64,000 nucleotides of DNA from Parcubacteria group bacterium GW2011_GWA2_42_14 (lineage in GTDB: Bacteria > Patescibacteriota > Minisyncoccia > Sungbacterales > GWA2-42-14). Location: positions 72,958-136,957 of the forward strand of contig LCCV01000001.1 of the NCBI GenBank assembly GCA_000998135.1, read 5' to 3'. Positions 35,143 to 45,799 of the stretch are shown in pieces (position 1 is the stretch's first letter; each line of letters opens with the position of its first letter). The position numbers were made by a program, and so were the translations under genes. Under the pieces are notes generated by a model. It searched no databases, was not told the DNA's origin, and saw only the letters and a list, made by a program, of their open reading frames with translations.

Positions 35143-35568
35143 TTAATACCCATAGAGCAAATAATATTCAAGCGACCAAGAGCCCGAACCCCAAAACAAA
35201 AGTGCCAGTGCTGAAGCAAAATAAATCATATCAAGTTCCCATCCCTTGCCGTCTTTGAGAATATATGGCTCTTTGCCCCATTTAATTTTGGTCAATATAA
35301 CTAAAAATTGTATACAAACGGCCAAAGCCGCAAGCTCGGTTAAAAAACCGACAGCTATCATAATTCCTCCGACAAATTCGGTAAGACCTACGGGCCACGC
35401 CCAAAACCATCCGGGCTTGAACCCAAGCGTTTCCAGCCATCCGGAGAACTGCTCCTTCATCTTGAAAAGCTTGGGATAGCCGTGATAAATAAGGGCAATA
35501 CCTAAAGCAAGGCGCAAAACCAGGGGCGCCCAATCAGGGTCAATGGTGAATAAAAGAGAGGTTAACAT
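35143..35568 (-). CDS. DoxX-family membrane protein
   Basis: LVLRLALGIALIYHGYPKLF DoxX signature. Confidence 0.7.
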   Translation of the reverse strand: MLTSLLFTIDPDWAPLVLRLALGIALIYHGYPKLFKMKEQFSGWLETLGFKPGWFWAWPVGLTEFVGGIMIAVGFLTELAALAVCIQFLVILTKIKWGKEPYILKDGKGWELDMIYFASALALLFWGSGSWSLEYYLLYGY

Positions 35569-35857
35569 GAATCTTGAATCTTGAATCCTAAAACATAATT
35601 AATTTTTAACTATGTTTCATGATAAATGATTCATGGTTTATTGTTTTTATTATACTTCTCCCCGGCATTACCAACAACATTTTCTTATTAAGTTTTTTTT
35701 CCGGCTTTTTCAATTCTTCTTTTTGCCTCTTCAATATGGGTCTTTACCCATAAATCTTTGGTTTTTTTCTCCCGCTTCCTTTTAATCTCTCCGGGGTTTT
35801 TGGGATATTCTTTGGATTTTTCGCCCGTGAAAATATCCAATTGTTCAAATTTTTCTT

Positions 35858-36517
35858 TCATAATGATTTTAGCCATTTAATAACAATATCCATCAACTCC
35901 GAATGCGTTTCAAAAAGTTTGGTACCATGCCCCCCTTCATCAAAAAGCTTAAGCTCTCTAAAAATCTCTTCCGGCAAAACATCATAAAGCTTCTGAACCG
36001 TTTCATAAGAATAATCATCATCTTTGGCCGCTGTCAGATAAATTGCTTTGGTATGATAAACTTTTTTTACCAATTCATCGGTTTTAATTCCGCGATAATT
36101 CAAACCGGGCGATAAAAGAACCGCCGCAGCGGCATCCGCGTGCTCCGCCAAATATTGAAGCGATAAATTCGCCCCGATGGACGCGCCAACCAGATAAATT
36201 TCTTTTGCTCCTTTTGATTTTAAAAATTCTGCTCCGGCTTCAACGTCTAAAATAGATTTTTGATGGTCTTCGTCTTTGAAAAGCTGGTAGCCGGAAAGGC
36301 CCCCTTGCGATTCTCCATGCCCCCTTAAATCAATGGCCAGCCCCTGCCAGCCGGCCTGCTGGATTTTTTCGGCAAAAACCGCAAAACTTTTTCTTACGGC
36401 CGGCATCATGTGCAACATTAAAACGCCGATTTCATTCGGTTTGCTTACTTCAAAAAAATCTCCGACAATTTCAACGCCGTCTTCGGTTTTTAATTTTATA
36501 ACTTCTGATTTTGCCAT
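35858..36517 (-). CDS. Alpha/beta hydrolase (dienelactone-hydrolase / BAAT-like)
   Basis: GASIG nucleophile elbow; C-terminal catalytic His/Asp region. A possible N-terminal transmembrane anchor lies in another frame upstream. Confidence 0.7.
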   Translation of the reverse strand: MAKSEVIKLKTEDGVEIVGDFFEVSKPNEIGVLMLHMMPAVRKSFAVFAEKIQQAGWQGLAIDLRGHGESQGGLSGYQLFKDEDHQKSILDVEAGAEFLKSKGAKEIYLVGASIGANLSLQYLAEHADAAAAVLLSPGLNYRGIKTDELVKKVYHTKAIYLTAAKDDDYSYETVQKLYDVLPEEIFRELKLFDEGGHGTKLFETHSELMDIVIKWLKSL

Positions 36518-36719
36518 ATTTTTTTCTTCGGCGGGAACTGCTATCTTATCCCCGATGATTTCTTCCGGCTCCTTTCTTAAAAACAAAAACTCCCGCCATA
36601 ATTATTATAACAGCAATAGCAACAATAAGAAAATTTCTATTAAAAGGCATATTACCTTATTATTTTAATACAAAAAACTAATTCAAAAACAAAAGGCCCT
36701 TTCGGGCCAAAATCTATAA

Positions 36720-38792
36720 TTATTCTTCTTTCTTCGGCTTAATACCGAAGAAAAGGGCATACATCCTGCTGAAAAAATTATTGACGGCATCCATAGCCCT
36801 GAATCCAATAGCCGGTTTCCCGCGAAAATTTGTAAAAAATAGAATGGTGACAAGCGGGAGGATGAGCGAAATAAGTCCGACCGTTATCGTGAGCGGACCA
36901 AGATCATTATAGATGCCCGGTTTTACGATAACATTGTTATTATCATAAACGGGCTTAGTAATCACGAAGGTCTCGTTCAAGTATTTTGTGCCGAGGGTGG
37001 AGGCCGAAAGAGCTAAATTGGTAAATGAAGCCATTACGGCAAAATACGTCGCTTTGTATTTTGCGGGCGCCTCTTTAGAAATCCAGGCGAGCATTGGCAC
37101 CATCGCAAGCTGTCCGAAGGGAGATACCGCGACCGTATCTATGAACGCAATGGTTCTTGCCATGGCATATGGGTCAGAGGAAAAAAACGCCGCCAGCCAC
37201 TTATGCGCTCCGTACACAAGCCCCAAACTCGGCAAGAGAAAAACAGTGTACAAAAAGGTCAGAAAAACAAAAATCCACGTAAGAGATTTTTTAGCCATCA
37301 TGGGACGCAAAACAAAAAGTCCGAAAAGGCCGATAATGGAACTGGCTTGCCCTAGCGTTCCCATGAAATCTTCTTCAAACCGTAAAATTTCAATGTTGAA
37401 GAAACTCATACCGGCGCCGACGGATGGCGTCATGCGATACACGAAGATGACGATAGCGGTACCGATAAGAGTCCGCCGCGTTTCTTTCGGCAGCTCTTTC
37501 GTAACTCTTGCGATAAGCCAGGAAATAATTATAAATGAAACAGCAAAAAGCAGAGTATCGGCGTGCGCTGGCAGCCAAGCGCCGAGACCAAACGGCAAAT
37601 TATTGACATCAAGTCCGCCATCCGCAATAAAGCCGGACAACGGAACAATTTTGAGGTGCCGCTGATAAGTCAGAGACAGGAGGCCCAAGGGAACTACGAA
37701 ACACAATAACATGACGCTTCCGCCCATAATCCACCAGTTCAATTCTTTTTTTTCTTCCGACTCCGGATTGAGCATGGCAACGATCTGTTTCGAGGAGAAA
37801 CCGCGTTCCATAAACTCTTTCTTTTTCTTTCTTCGAATCATGGCCGCGATAACTACGCCGGCCATAGACATCAGGGGAATAAGCATGGCGAGCCAATAAA
37901 TCATTTCATACGACTTGACGCTTGCAAGCCAGCCGCCGGCAGAAAATTTGTAAGCAAAGAAGCTTGAGGCCACCCAATAAACGAAAAAGACAAAGATCCC
38001 AACGACAGCAACATACGCAAATAAAAAAACGATTCTTATAAAATTTATCCTTACTGCCTTAATCTTTCGCCCGATAACCCCACGGCGGTAAACCGCTATT
38101 GCTTCATAGATTGCTACCGCAAGAATCGATAAGAGGAGTACTTTGGTTAGAATAAAGCCGGTTTCTGGGGCTGGCATCTTAGCGAACCATCCGGCTGCGC
38201 CAGCCGTGATGAGCGCCCCAAAAAGAATCGCCGCACGCCCCAAAAGCTGCATAGTAGTATGTTCCGATTTTAGTTCTGCTTCTCCGACCGGTGTTCCGTC
38301 TTGCCCGACCCTTGACACGGCCTCAACAGTCATCGCGTCAGCGACCACATCCTGCAAAATATAGGCAAAAGGCGTTATGAGTGCCGCAACAATGTACCAG
38401 GTTTCCGCGCTCATATATTTCATAATGCCGTCAAAACGATTTCCCGTGAGCCCAACCATAACCGCAAAACTTAAACCCATTAAAACAGCGCCAAAAGCCA
38501 CGAAGACGGCCTTGAAACGCCAAAAACGGTCAACGAGATTGCCCAAGGGCATCTTAAACGCCCACCAGATACCGGCCCAATAACCCAATACCGCGAGAAA
38601 CGCGGCTTCCATCCCAAGGACTTTTGTAACAAAAAACGAGTCAACAACCCCGGTCAGCCCGGACACTCCCGCCGCAAAATAAACCATCAGAGGCGGCAAA
38701 TAACTTAACCGAATTGACTTAACCGGTATTACGAACTCATTAATCCAAATTTTTCTTATTGATTCTAGCGCGGCCTTCAAGAAAACAAGCAT
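36720..38792 (-). CDS. Polytopic membrane transporter (MFS superfamily, BT1 folate-biopterin-transporter-like), 690 aa
   Basis: At least 14 transmembrane helices; WAFKMPLGNLVDRFWRFK resembles the BT1 loop motif. Confidence 0.5.
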   Translation of the reverse strand: MLVFLKAALESIRKIWINEFVIPVKSIRLSYLPPLMVYFAAGVSGLTGVVDSFFVTKVLGMEAAFLAVLGYWAGIWWAFKMPLGNLVDRFWRFKAVFVAFGAVLMGLSFAVMVGLTGNRFDGIMKYMSAETWYIVAALITPFAYILQDVVADAMTVEAVSRVGQDGTPVGEAELKSEHTTMQLLGRAAILFGALITAGAAGWFAKMPAPETGFILTKVLLLSILAVAIYEAIAVYRRGVIGRKIKAVRINFIRIVFLFAYVAVVGIFVFFVYWVASSFFAYKFSAGGWLASVKSYEMIYWLAMLIPLMSMAGVVIAAMIRRKKKKEFMERGFSSKQIVAMLNPESEEKKELNWWIMGGSVMLLCFVVPLGLLSLTYQRHLKIVPLSGFIADGGLDVNNLPFGLGAWLPAHADTLLFAVSFIIISWLIARVTKELPKETRRTLIGTAIVIFVYRMTPSVGAGMSFFNIEILRFEEDFMGTLGQASSIIGLFGLFVLRPMMAKKSLTWIFVFLTFLYTVFLLPSLGLVYGAHKWLAAFFSSDPYAMARTIAFIDTVAVSPFGQLAMVPMLAWISKEAPAKYKATYFAVMASFTNLALSASTLGTKYLNETFVITKPVYDNNNVIVKPGIYNDLGPLTITVGLISLILPLVTILFFTNFRGKPAIGFRAMDAVNNFFSRMYALFFGIKPKKEE

Positions 38793-38861
38793 CTATTGTT
38801 TCCTTACGTTATGTCAAAGTACTGATATCTGCTATAACTCAAGCATGTTTTAGAATATCTG

Positions 38862-39326
38862 TCAAGGGCGGTTTTTGGGCAGTGCGTATGCCGCGACCCC
38901 AAAAGCAACGGCAACATTCAACGATTCCTTTTTCCCTTTCATTGGGATTTCTAAAACCTTGTCGCATTGCTTTAAAATTCTGGGCGGAATGCCGGAAACT
39001 TCATTTCCGAGAATTAATACCAGCGGTTTTTTAGGATTATATCGAAATTTTGATATGTCAATATGCCGGGAGCGGTTATTCTCAAGCGCTATAATCAAAA
39101 AACCTTCGCTTTTTAATTTTTTTATCAGGCGCGTTGTGGAAAAAACTTTTTCCCAGGGAATCAAATTTTCCGCGCCCAGCGCGGTTTTAGAAATTTTAGG
39201 ATGAGGTGGAGCGGGCGTGTATCCCGCCAAAAAAATTTTACCAATTCCAAAAGCATCGGAGGTGCGAAAAATGGAACCGACGTTTTCACGAGAACGTATG
39301 TTATGGCAAATTATAAAAAGTTTCAT
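38862..39326 (-). CDS. SpoU/TrmH-family RNA 2'-O-methyltransferase (TrmL-like)
   Basis: NVGSIFRTSDAFG, LILGNEVSGI and ESLNVAVAFGVAAY SPOUT motifs. Confidence 0.8.
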   Translation of the reverse strand: MKLFIICHNIRSRENVGSIFRTSDAFGIGKIFLAGYTPAPPHPKISKTALGAENLIPWEKVFSTTRLIKKLKSEGFLIIALENNRSRHIDISKFRYNPKKPLVLILGNEVSGIPPRILKQCDKVLEIPMKGKKESLNVAVAFGVAAYALPKNRP

Positions 39327-39402
39327 TGTTTTTTTGTAACCATAACTAAAAAATAGCGCAAGCTCAAAACAAATGCAAAAAGGCTAAAAAATTAGCCTTT
39401 TA

Positions 39403-40500
39403 CTATTTTGAAAAAATCCTGGAAATATCGTTGAACACCGCAAAAGCCATGATTAAGAGAAGTATGGCCAAACCGATTCTAAAGAATTTTTCCCGCGTCT
39501 TAATTGATACCGGTTTTCCGCGAACGGCCTCAATAAGCAAAAACGGAATATATCCTCCATCAAGCATAGGAATAGGCAGAAGATTCAAAATGCCCAGGTT
39601 AATGCTGAAAATGGCGGTAAAAAACATGATACCGATAAAACCGGCCGTACTGTAAGCGTTACTTCCGGCCTGACCTATCAAAATGGGCCCGCCCAAAGAA
39701 TCCTTAACGGCAAGCTGTCCCGTCATCAATTTCCAAAACCCCAACCCGACAATTTTCAGCATATTGCTCGTTATGTTAACACCTAATGGAACGGCAGAAA
39801 CAGGGTCTTTAATAAACACCGGATCGGCCGGCTGAATGCCGATAACATAACGCTTTTCACTTTCGCCAAATAAGTTTTTTGTATCCTTCAGCTCCGGAAC
39901 AACATGAATTTCAACCGCGGGAGGCATCCCTTTTGGCAGAACAAAAAAAATTAACTCTTTCTTTTCGTTATTTTTTATGAAATCCGTTAATTCTTCCCAT
40001 TTCCAAACCGAAGTGAACCCATTTCCACTTACGGGAGTTACGATTTCAACACCAATAACAATATCTCCTTTAACCAAACCGGATTTTTCCGCAGGAGAAC
40101 CTGCGACAACTCCGCCAATCTTGGTGGTAAGCGTCGGAATTCCATAAATAAGGTTAGCAAAAACAATAAGGACCAAAGCGAATAAAATGTTAAAAACGGG
40201 ACCGGCAAGACAAATAACAATTCTTTTCCAAACAGGTTTTTTATCAAATGATTTTCCGGAATTGACCGGCTTTTCATCATTATCGCCCTCGCCAGCCATT
40301 TTTACATAACCGCCAAGAGGCACAAGCGACAAAACGTATTCGGTTTCGCCCATTTTTTTTGAAAAAAGCGCCGGGCCAAAACCGATGGAAAATCTTTCCA
40401 CGCCGACACCAAACAATTTCGCAAAAACAAAATGGCCGAATTCATGAACCGCGATAAGAACACCGATAACCAAAACCGCAACAAGAATGCCTGTTATCAC
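39403..40500 (-). CDS. rseP: RIP metalloprotease RseP (site-2 protease, M50)
   Basis: HEFGHF zinc motif, PDZ-like middle region, LDGG motif. Confidence 0.85.
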   Translation of the reverse strand: MITGILVAVLVIGVLIAVHEFGHFVFAKLFGVGVERFSIGFGPALFSKKMGETEYVLSLVPLGGYVKMAGEGDNDEKPVNSGKSFDKKPVWKRIVICLAGPVFNILFALVLIVFANLIYGIPTLTTKIGGVVAGSPAEKSGLVKGDIVIGVEIVTPVSGNGFTSVWKWEELTDFIKNNEKKELIFFVLPKGMPPAVEIHVVPELKDTKNLFGESEKRYVIGIQPADPVFIKDPVSAVPLGVNITSNMLKIVGLGFWKLMTGQLAVKDSLGGPILIGQAGSNAYSTAGFIGIMFFTAIFSINLGILNLLPIPMLDGGYIPFLLIEAVRGKPVSIKTREKFFRIGLAILLLIMAFAVFNDISRIFSK

Positions 40501-40571
40501 AGCGCTACTCCATAAGAATTGTAAAGGATACTAAATAAGCGGTAACACGCTATTGAAATTTCTGCAAATTT

Positions 40572-41723
40572 TTAAATTTCGCCGTTTTTGATTCTCTCCC
40601 GGATACCGGCCACGAGATTATTTATAAAATAAAGATTGTGAATGCTTGCCAATCGATAAAAAAGCAATTCTTTTTCTTTGTATAAATGGCGTAAATACGC
40701 TCGGTTAAAATTTTGGCAGGTATAACAACCGCAACCTTCTTCAATTGGTAAGAAATCCTGGCGATATTCAGATTTTTGGATAGAAATTCTTCCTCCTTTT
40801 ACGTATAAAGTACCGTTTCTTGCTTCTCTGGTTGGCGCCACGCAATCAAAAGTATCCACGCCAAGTTTTACAATTTCCGGAATATCTTCAGGGTAACCGA
40901 TGCCCAAAAGATGACGGGGTTTATTGTCAGGCAGGCGCGTATTTATAAATTCAATAAGTTCAAACATCCGTTCTTTGGTTTTTCCCATAGCGCCCCCAAG
41001 GCCGAAGCCGTCAAACGGCAAATTGCTTATAGTTCGCACCGATTCTTCACGCAAATCATTCCACTCTCCTCCCTGAACAATTCCCCAAAGAGCTTGGTCG
41101 TTTCGGGTTTTTGCTTTAATACAGCGCTCGGCCCATCTATGCGTCCTGCCCATCGCTTCTTTTACGTATTCTTTTGAGGCCAACGGCGAAGTGCACTCAT
41201 CAAAAGAAAACATTATGTCAGCCCCGATTGCTTCTTGAATTTCAATTGATTTTTCCGGAGTTAGAACTGTTCTCTTGCCGTCGGGCAGGCGAAAAACAAC
41301 GCCCTCATCCAAAATTTTAATATACTGTGATTCTTTAATGGATTCGGCCTTGACCATTTTTTGCAAATCCTCTCCGGGAAACAAGGTAGAATATCTGCCG
41401 ATTTCATGGTCTTTGCCAAACCCGAGACTGAAAACCTGAAAACCGCCGGAATCAGTCATGGTAATACCTTGCCATCGCATAAAATTATTTAAACCTCCGG
41501 CTTGTTTAATAACTTCATGTGTTTTTGAAGTATAAAGATGGTAAGTATTGGCAAGAACAATTTGCGTTCCGACTCTTTCCAAATCATCCGGCCCCAGCGC
41601 CTTAACCGTAGCTTTCGTCCCCACCGCCACAAAACACGGCGTTTCAATTTTTCCGTGCGGAGTTTCCAAAACCCCGACTCTGGCCAACGATTTTTCCGAT
41701 TTATGAGTAATTGAAAATTGCAT
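40572..41723 (-). CDS. tgt: Queuine tRNA-ribosyltransferase
   Basis: TGT fold with the zinc site CGCYTCQNF...H. Start at MQFSITHK. Confidence 0.9.
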   Translation of the reverse strand: MQFSITHKSEKSLARVGVLETPHGKIETPCFVAVGTKATVKALGPDDLERVGTQIVLANTYHLYTSKTHEVIKQAGGLNNFMRWQGITMTDSGGFQVFSLGFGKDHEIGRYSTLFPGEDLQKMVKAESIKESQYIKILDEGVVFRLPDGKRTVLTPEKSIEIQEAIGADIMFSFDECTSPLASKEYVKEAMGRTHRWAERCIKAKTRNDQALWGIVQGGEWNDLREESVRTISNLPFDGFGLGGAMGKTKERMFELIEFINTRLPDNKPRHLLGIGYPEDIPEIVKLGVDTFDCVAPTREARNGTLYVKGGRISIQKSEYRQDFLPIEEGCGCYTCQNFNRAYLRHLYKEKELLFYRLASIHNLYFINNLVAGIRERIKNGEI

Positions 41724-41845
41724 ATAACAAACAATAGGGTATTTTTTAAACAACAGCAAACAAAAAACCCGCAAAAAATTACGGGCATAAAAATACTCCA
41801 GTTCAGCACTATTGAAAGATTTCTAAATATATCCCTGACAATCGA

Positions 41846-42160
41846 TTAAAACATTCCGTGTCGGCGAAGCTTCAAACGCAATAACTCTTCCAGAATTTCA
41901 ATTTGTCCGTCTGAAAACAGCTTAGAACCACGAAATCTTCCAATCGCCTCCTTAATCTCTTCCTCATCAACCCCGCGCTCCGAAGACCCTGCTGACGTAG
42001 TCAAATCTAAATCCGTTTCAAGAACCGCCCGGACAAATTTTTTCTGTGTGTCGGTAAAAGCGCCCCTGCGAGAAAGCTCCGACATTACCTCGTCCACCCC
42101 CCTTGAAGAAATATGCGGTTTTATTACATCAAAAAGACCCATAAATACCATAAATTCCAA
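41846..42160 (-). CDS. Hypothetical protein
   Basis: ORF only. Confidence 0.35.
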   Translation of the reverse strand: MEFMVFMGLFDVIKPHISSRGVDEVMSELSRRGAFTDTQKKFVRAVLETDLDLTTSAGSSERGVDEEEIKEAIGRFRGSKLFSDGQIEILEELLRLKLRRHGMF

Positions 42161-42304
42161 AACATAAAATACAAATTATAAAAATTGTATTTTGCGCCCT
42201 AAAAAAGCATTATTAAAAGCACGATTATAATCAATATCCGTTTGTTATTATTATATACCATGCGTTTTTAAATTCAATACAACCACTCTTACCACTCTAC
42301 CACC

Positions 42305-43138
42305 CTACCTAACTTCGTACGTTACACTCACCGTCACTTTCACCTCATTTTGGCCCGGCTCTATGGACGGCGCCGGCGCGGGCATATCCCCCCCTCCTTT
42401 CCCAAACGCCTCCATGGTACGCGCGTAATAAATCGGCGGATATCCTCCAGATTCGGAAAAGCCGGTAATTTTAATCAGGCGCACGCCGAGATCGCGCGAA
42501 AGTTTCTTAGCTGATTCTTTTGCCCTTTCAATGGCAATTTTCTTGGCTTCTTCTTTTAATTTATTTTCATCGTCAATGGAAAACGACGGCCCATTAACCT
42601 CATTTGCCCCGGCGCTTACAACTCCGTCAAGAATATTGCCCACACTATCAAGATTTCTAACCCTTACCTCAAGAGTTGAAGATACCTCATACCCGACGAT
42701 CTTGGGCGGCTCTGGCGGGAGGCAGGGATAAAGCGCTCCTCCAATCAAAGGACAAGGCCGATTATCATACTGATACTGCGGATTAACATTATAATACCTG
42801 GTTTTAATGTCTTTAGCTTCCACGCCATTTTCTTTTAAGAACGCAATAACGTTATTGTATTTTTGGGTATTTTCGTTTTGCGCTGATTTAAGGGTTTTTT
42901 CCTGGCTCCTCACCCCGACCGATAAAACCGCGATATCCGGCACGGCATAAACCGTTCCTTCGCCGGAAACGGAGATTTGAAATTTTTCCGACTCGCGAAC
43001 CGATTTCCACGCATCAACGCCCAAAGCGCCGTAATAAAAGGTATAAACTGCCGCAAAAACGATTACTAAAACAATTAAAAGAATAAAAAGGCGTTTAACG
43101 AGTTTTTTCTGATTATCGCTTAATTCTTGGTAAATCAT
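42305..43138 (-). CDS. SIMPL-domain (DUF541) membrane-anchored protein
   Basis: N-terminal transmembrane helix plus the SIMPL family pattern. Confidence 0.65.
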   Translation of the reverse strand: MIYQELSDNQKKLVKRLFILLIVLVIVFAAVYTFYYGALGVDAWKSVRESEKFQISVSGEGTVYAVPDIAVLSVGVRSQEKTLKSAQNENTQKYNNVIAFLKENGVEAKDIKTRYYNVNPQYQYDNRPCPLIGGALYPCLPPEPPKIVGYEVSSTLEVRVRNLDSVGNILDGVVSAGANEVNGPSFSIDDENKLKEEAKKIAIERAKESAKKLSRDLGVRLIKITGFSESGGYPPIYYARTMEAFGKGGGDMPAPAPSIEPGQNEVKVTVSVTYEVR

Positions 43139-43268
43139 TATTATTTAATCCTGAAACATGAATCATATAACATGCTATTAAATACAGATTATATGTTTCA
43201 AGTTTCAAGATACAGGTTTCAACCCCAATGATAACACAATATAAAAAAAGAAACAAAAGGAGCTGCCA

Positions 43269-43697
43269 TTAAGTAGCTCCGCTATTTTTTACTCTGTCTT
43301 CAAACCTCTTTATCATTTCCGCGGCCAAGATTTCTATTTCGGAACGGGAATGCTGTCTGAATATTTCTATAAACATCCTTTCGCGAGCCGGATGCTTTAT
43401 ACTTATGTCCCTCAAAATCTTGGTATCAAGGGTAAAAAAGAAACAAATCAATGATGGAAAATATAAGTCACTTAATTTAATTGCGTAATTAAGAAGTTCC
43501 GGATCTTTCATCCGGTTCAAAATTTTTCCTTTTTCAAAAATATTTTTTCGATTGCCCAAAAAAACTAATTTAGCATTCCCCCTTAACGGGCTGAGGTGTT
43601 TTATCAACCTTCTTTTAGGCATATTAACATCAAAAAAAATAATGTATTTGGGAACCGGCCGATTTGAACAGATCTCTCTTCCGTCAGAACCGTCCAC
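43269..43697 (-). CDS. Hypothetical protein
   Basis: ORF only; degenerate receiver-like N-terminus possible. Confidence 0.35.
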   Translation of the reverse strand: MDGSDGREICSNRPVPKYIIFFDVNMPKRRLIKHLSPLRGNAKLVFLGNRKNIFEKGKILNRMKDPELLNYAIKLSDLYFPSLICFFFTLDTKILRDISIKHPARERMFIEIFRQHSRSEIEILAAEMIKRFEDRVKNSGAT

Positions 43698-44547
43698 GGC
43701 AACCTTCTTTTATCAAAAGAGCTTTAAGTTGAGCGTAGCAAAATAAAAAAATTTGTCAACCCCGTTAGAAGTCCGGCAGAGCACAAATTTTTGCAAGACA
43801 ATAAAAAGCAAAGTATCTCGCGCCTTACGCCTTCATTAAACAATAGCACAACTTGGGCTTCTGATAAGGCCGGGGGCATAATCATGAACACTTACCAATT
43901 TAAACATAAATATCACGAATATTATTCGTGATATTTATAGGGTATTCGCGTATATTAATATCGCTAATCAAACCTTTCCTCCGCAATATGCCTTTTTATT
44001 TCCAAAGCCAGCATTTTTACGTGCTTTTCATCATCCCGTTCAAGAGTTAACCAGAGAATTGAACAATGTTTACAGCCCTTCGACACTTTTTTATAATGAT
44101 TTTTGTATCTCCATAGCGCGTCGTTTTTTTCTGAAAGCGCGTGTACAAGGTCATGATTCCAGTCTTTCATCATTTTTTTAGAAGCTGATTTAACGCTGAT
44201 AAGTACGCGGATTTGACGCTAATTTTTTCAGCGTGTTTTCAGCGTACTCAATCAGCGTTGTTCTGCCTCTATAAATTTTTTAATAATAAACAGCTTATAA
44301 TCAAATAATAAAAAATTTACACGACAATAACAATGTGTTGTTTTATAAAAACTATCCACAGCCAACATTGACCATACAATACAGAAGCACTACCAATAGA
44401 ACTATGACATCGGGAAAGAAAATTCAAAACATAAAATCCTAAATCTTAATTTGAAACCCAAATATAGTATATTAAACAAGTTAAGTGAATTAAGTAAATT
44501 AAGCTTAACCCGCTTAACTCGCTTAATTAACTTAATAAGCTATAACA

Positions 44548-45690
44548 ATGGATTACAACCCAGCCATACAACTCCTTAAAAAAAGCCGCTTTATAGGAAT
44601 AGCGGTTTATGAAAGGGGGGGAGGAGATGAAATGGGTTCGGCTTTGGCTATTGCTTCCATCCTTAAAAAAGCCGGCAAAACCGTTAGTTTTCTCTTTTCC
44701 GGCGTTATTGAAGAAAAATGGAAAGCTTTATTCATGGCGCCAAACACCTTGCCAATGGCAGAACCGCAAAACAACAACGAACATATTCACGATTTTATTA
44801 TTGCCATAAACTCCAAAGAATCGCCGGTCGGAGAAATAAAATATGAAATGAAGCAAAATAATGAGCTTTTTATAATTCTTTCGCCTCAAAAAACATCCAT
44901 TAAAAAAGAACATGTTAAATTCATAGAGGACATTCCGGCTTATGATTGCCTCATATCCATTGGAATCGAGAGTCCGGAACATTTTGGCAAAGAATTCGAA
45001 GAAAATCCCCTTCTTTTTTATGAAAAACCAATTATCAACATTGATACTTCTCCCCGAAATGAACATTTCGGAGAAATTAATCTCGTAGATATAACCAAAA
45101 GCTCTAACGCTGAGATTACCTACGAACTATTTGATAATCTAGCCGGGGAAAAAATCGGACCGCTCGAGGCCACAAGAATCCTTGCCGGAATCATAGAAAA
45201 AACTGACAACTTCAAAAACCATAAAACAACGCCCCGTGTTCTTGAAATCGCTTCCTTCCTTATGGAAGCCGGGGCAGACAAAGAATCGATTATAAAAATA
45301 CTTTATAAAACAAGGCCTCTTAATTTGCTTCAGCTTTGGGGCAGAGCATCCATTCGTTCACGGTTTGACGCTCAAACAGGAATTCTATGGACATTTCTAC
45401 CTAAAGACGACTTTGAAAAAACAGGAACCAAAACCCAGGATATCCATTTTGTGATTGAGCACATGAAAGAGTATTTTAAAAGCCCGAAAATTCACGCGCT
45501 TCTTTTTGAAAACCCGAGGAAAAACCACGTCAGAGCAATTATAAAATCCGAACCGGAAACAATTAAAGAAGTCGCCGCCAAAGAGCCCGGCGAAGAAAAA
45601 AACGGCGTTTTGTTCCTTAAAAATGGTTTTACAAGTTTCCCGGAAGCGGAAAACTATGTTGATAACATTCTAAAGAGGTTGGAAACATAA
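44548..45690 (+). CDS. DHH-family (NrnA-like) phosphoesterase homolog with degenerate catalytic motifs
   Basis: N-terminal GD..GS motif retained, but the DHH motif reads IDTS. Probably inactive. Confidence 0.55.
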   Translation: MDYNPAIQLLKKSRFIGIAVYERGGGDEMGSALAIASILKKAGKTVSFLFSGVIEEKWKALFMAPNTLPMAEPQNNNEHIHDFIIAINSKESPVGEIKYEMKQNNELFIILSPQKTSIKKEHVKFIEDIPAYDCLISIGIESPEHFGKEFEENPLLFYEKPIINIDTSPRNEHFGEINLVDITKSSNAEITYELFDNLAGEKIGPLEATRILAGIIEKTDNFKNHKTTPRVLEIASFLMEAGADKESIIKILYKTRPLNLLQLWGRASIRSRFDAQTGILWTFLPKDDFEKTGTKTQDIHFVIEHMKEYFKSPKIHALLFENPRKNHVRAIIKSEPETIKEVAAKEPGEEKNGVLFLKNGFTSFPEAENYVDNILKRLET

Positions 45691-45799
45691 AATGGTATAA
45701 TAAAAGCGACCCCAATATACAAATTACACTCGAATGGCTCGAATAAACTAAACCGGTATTAGAGTCATTCGGGTGAATTAGAGTATTAGAGTCGCCCTT

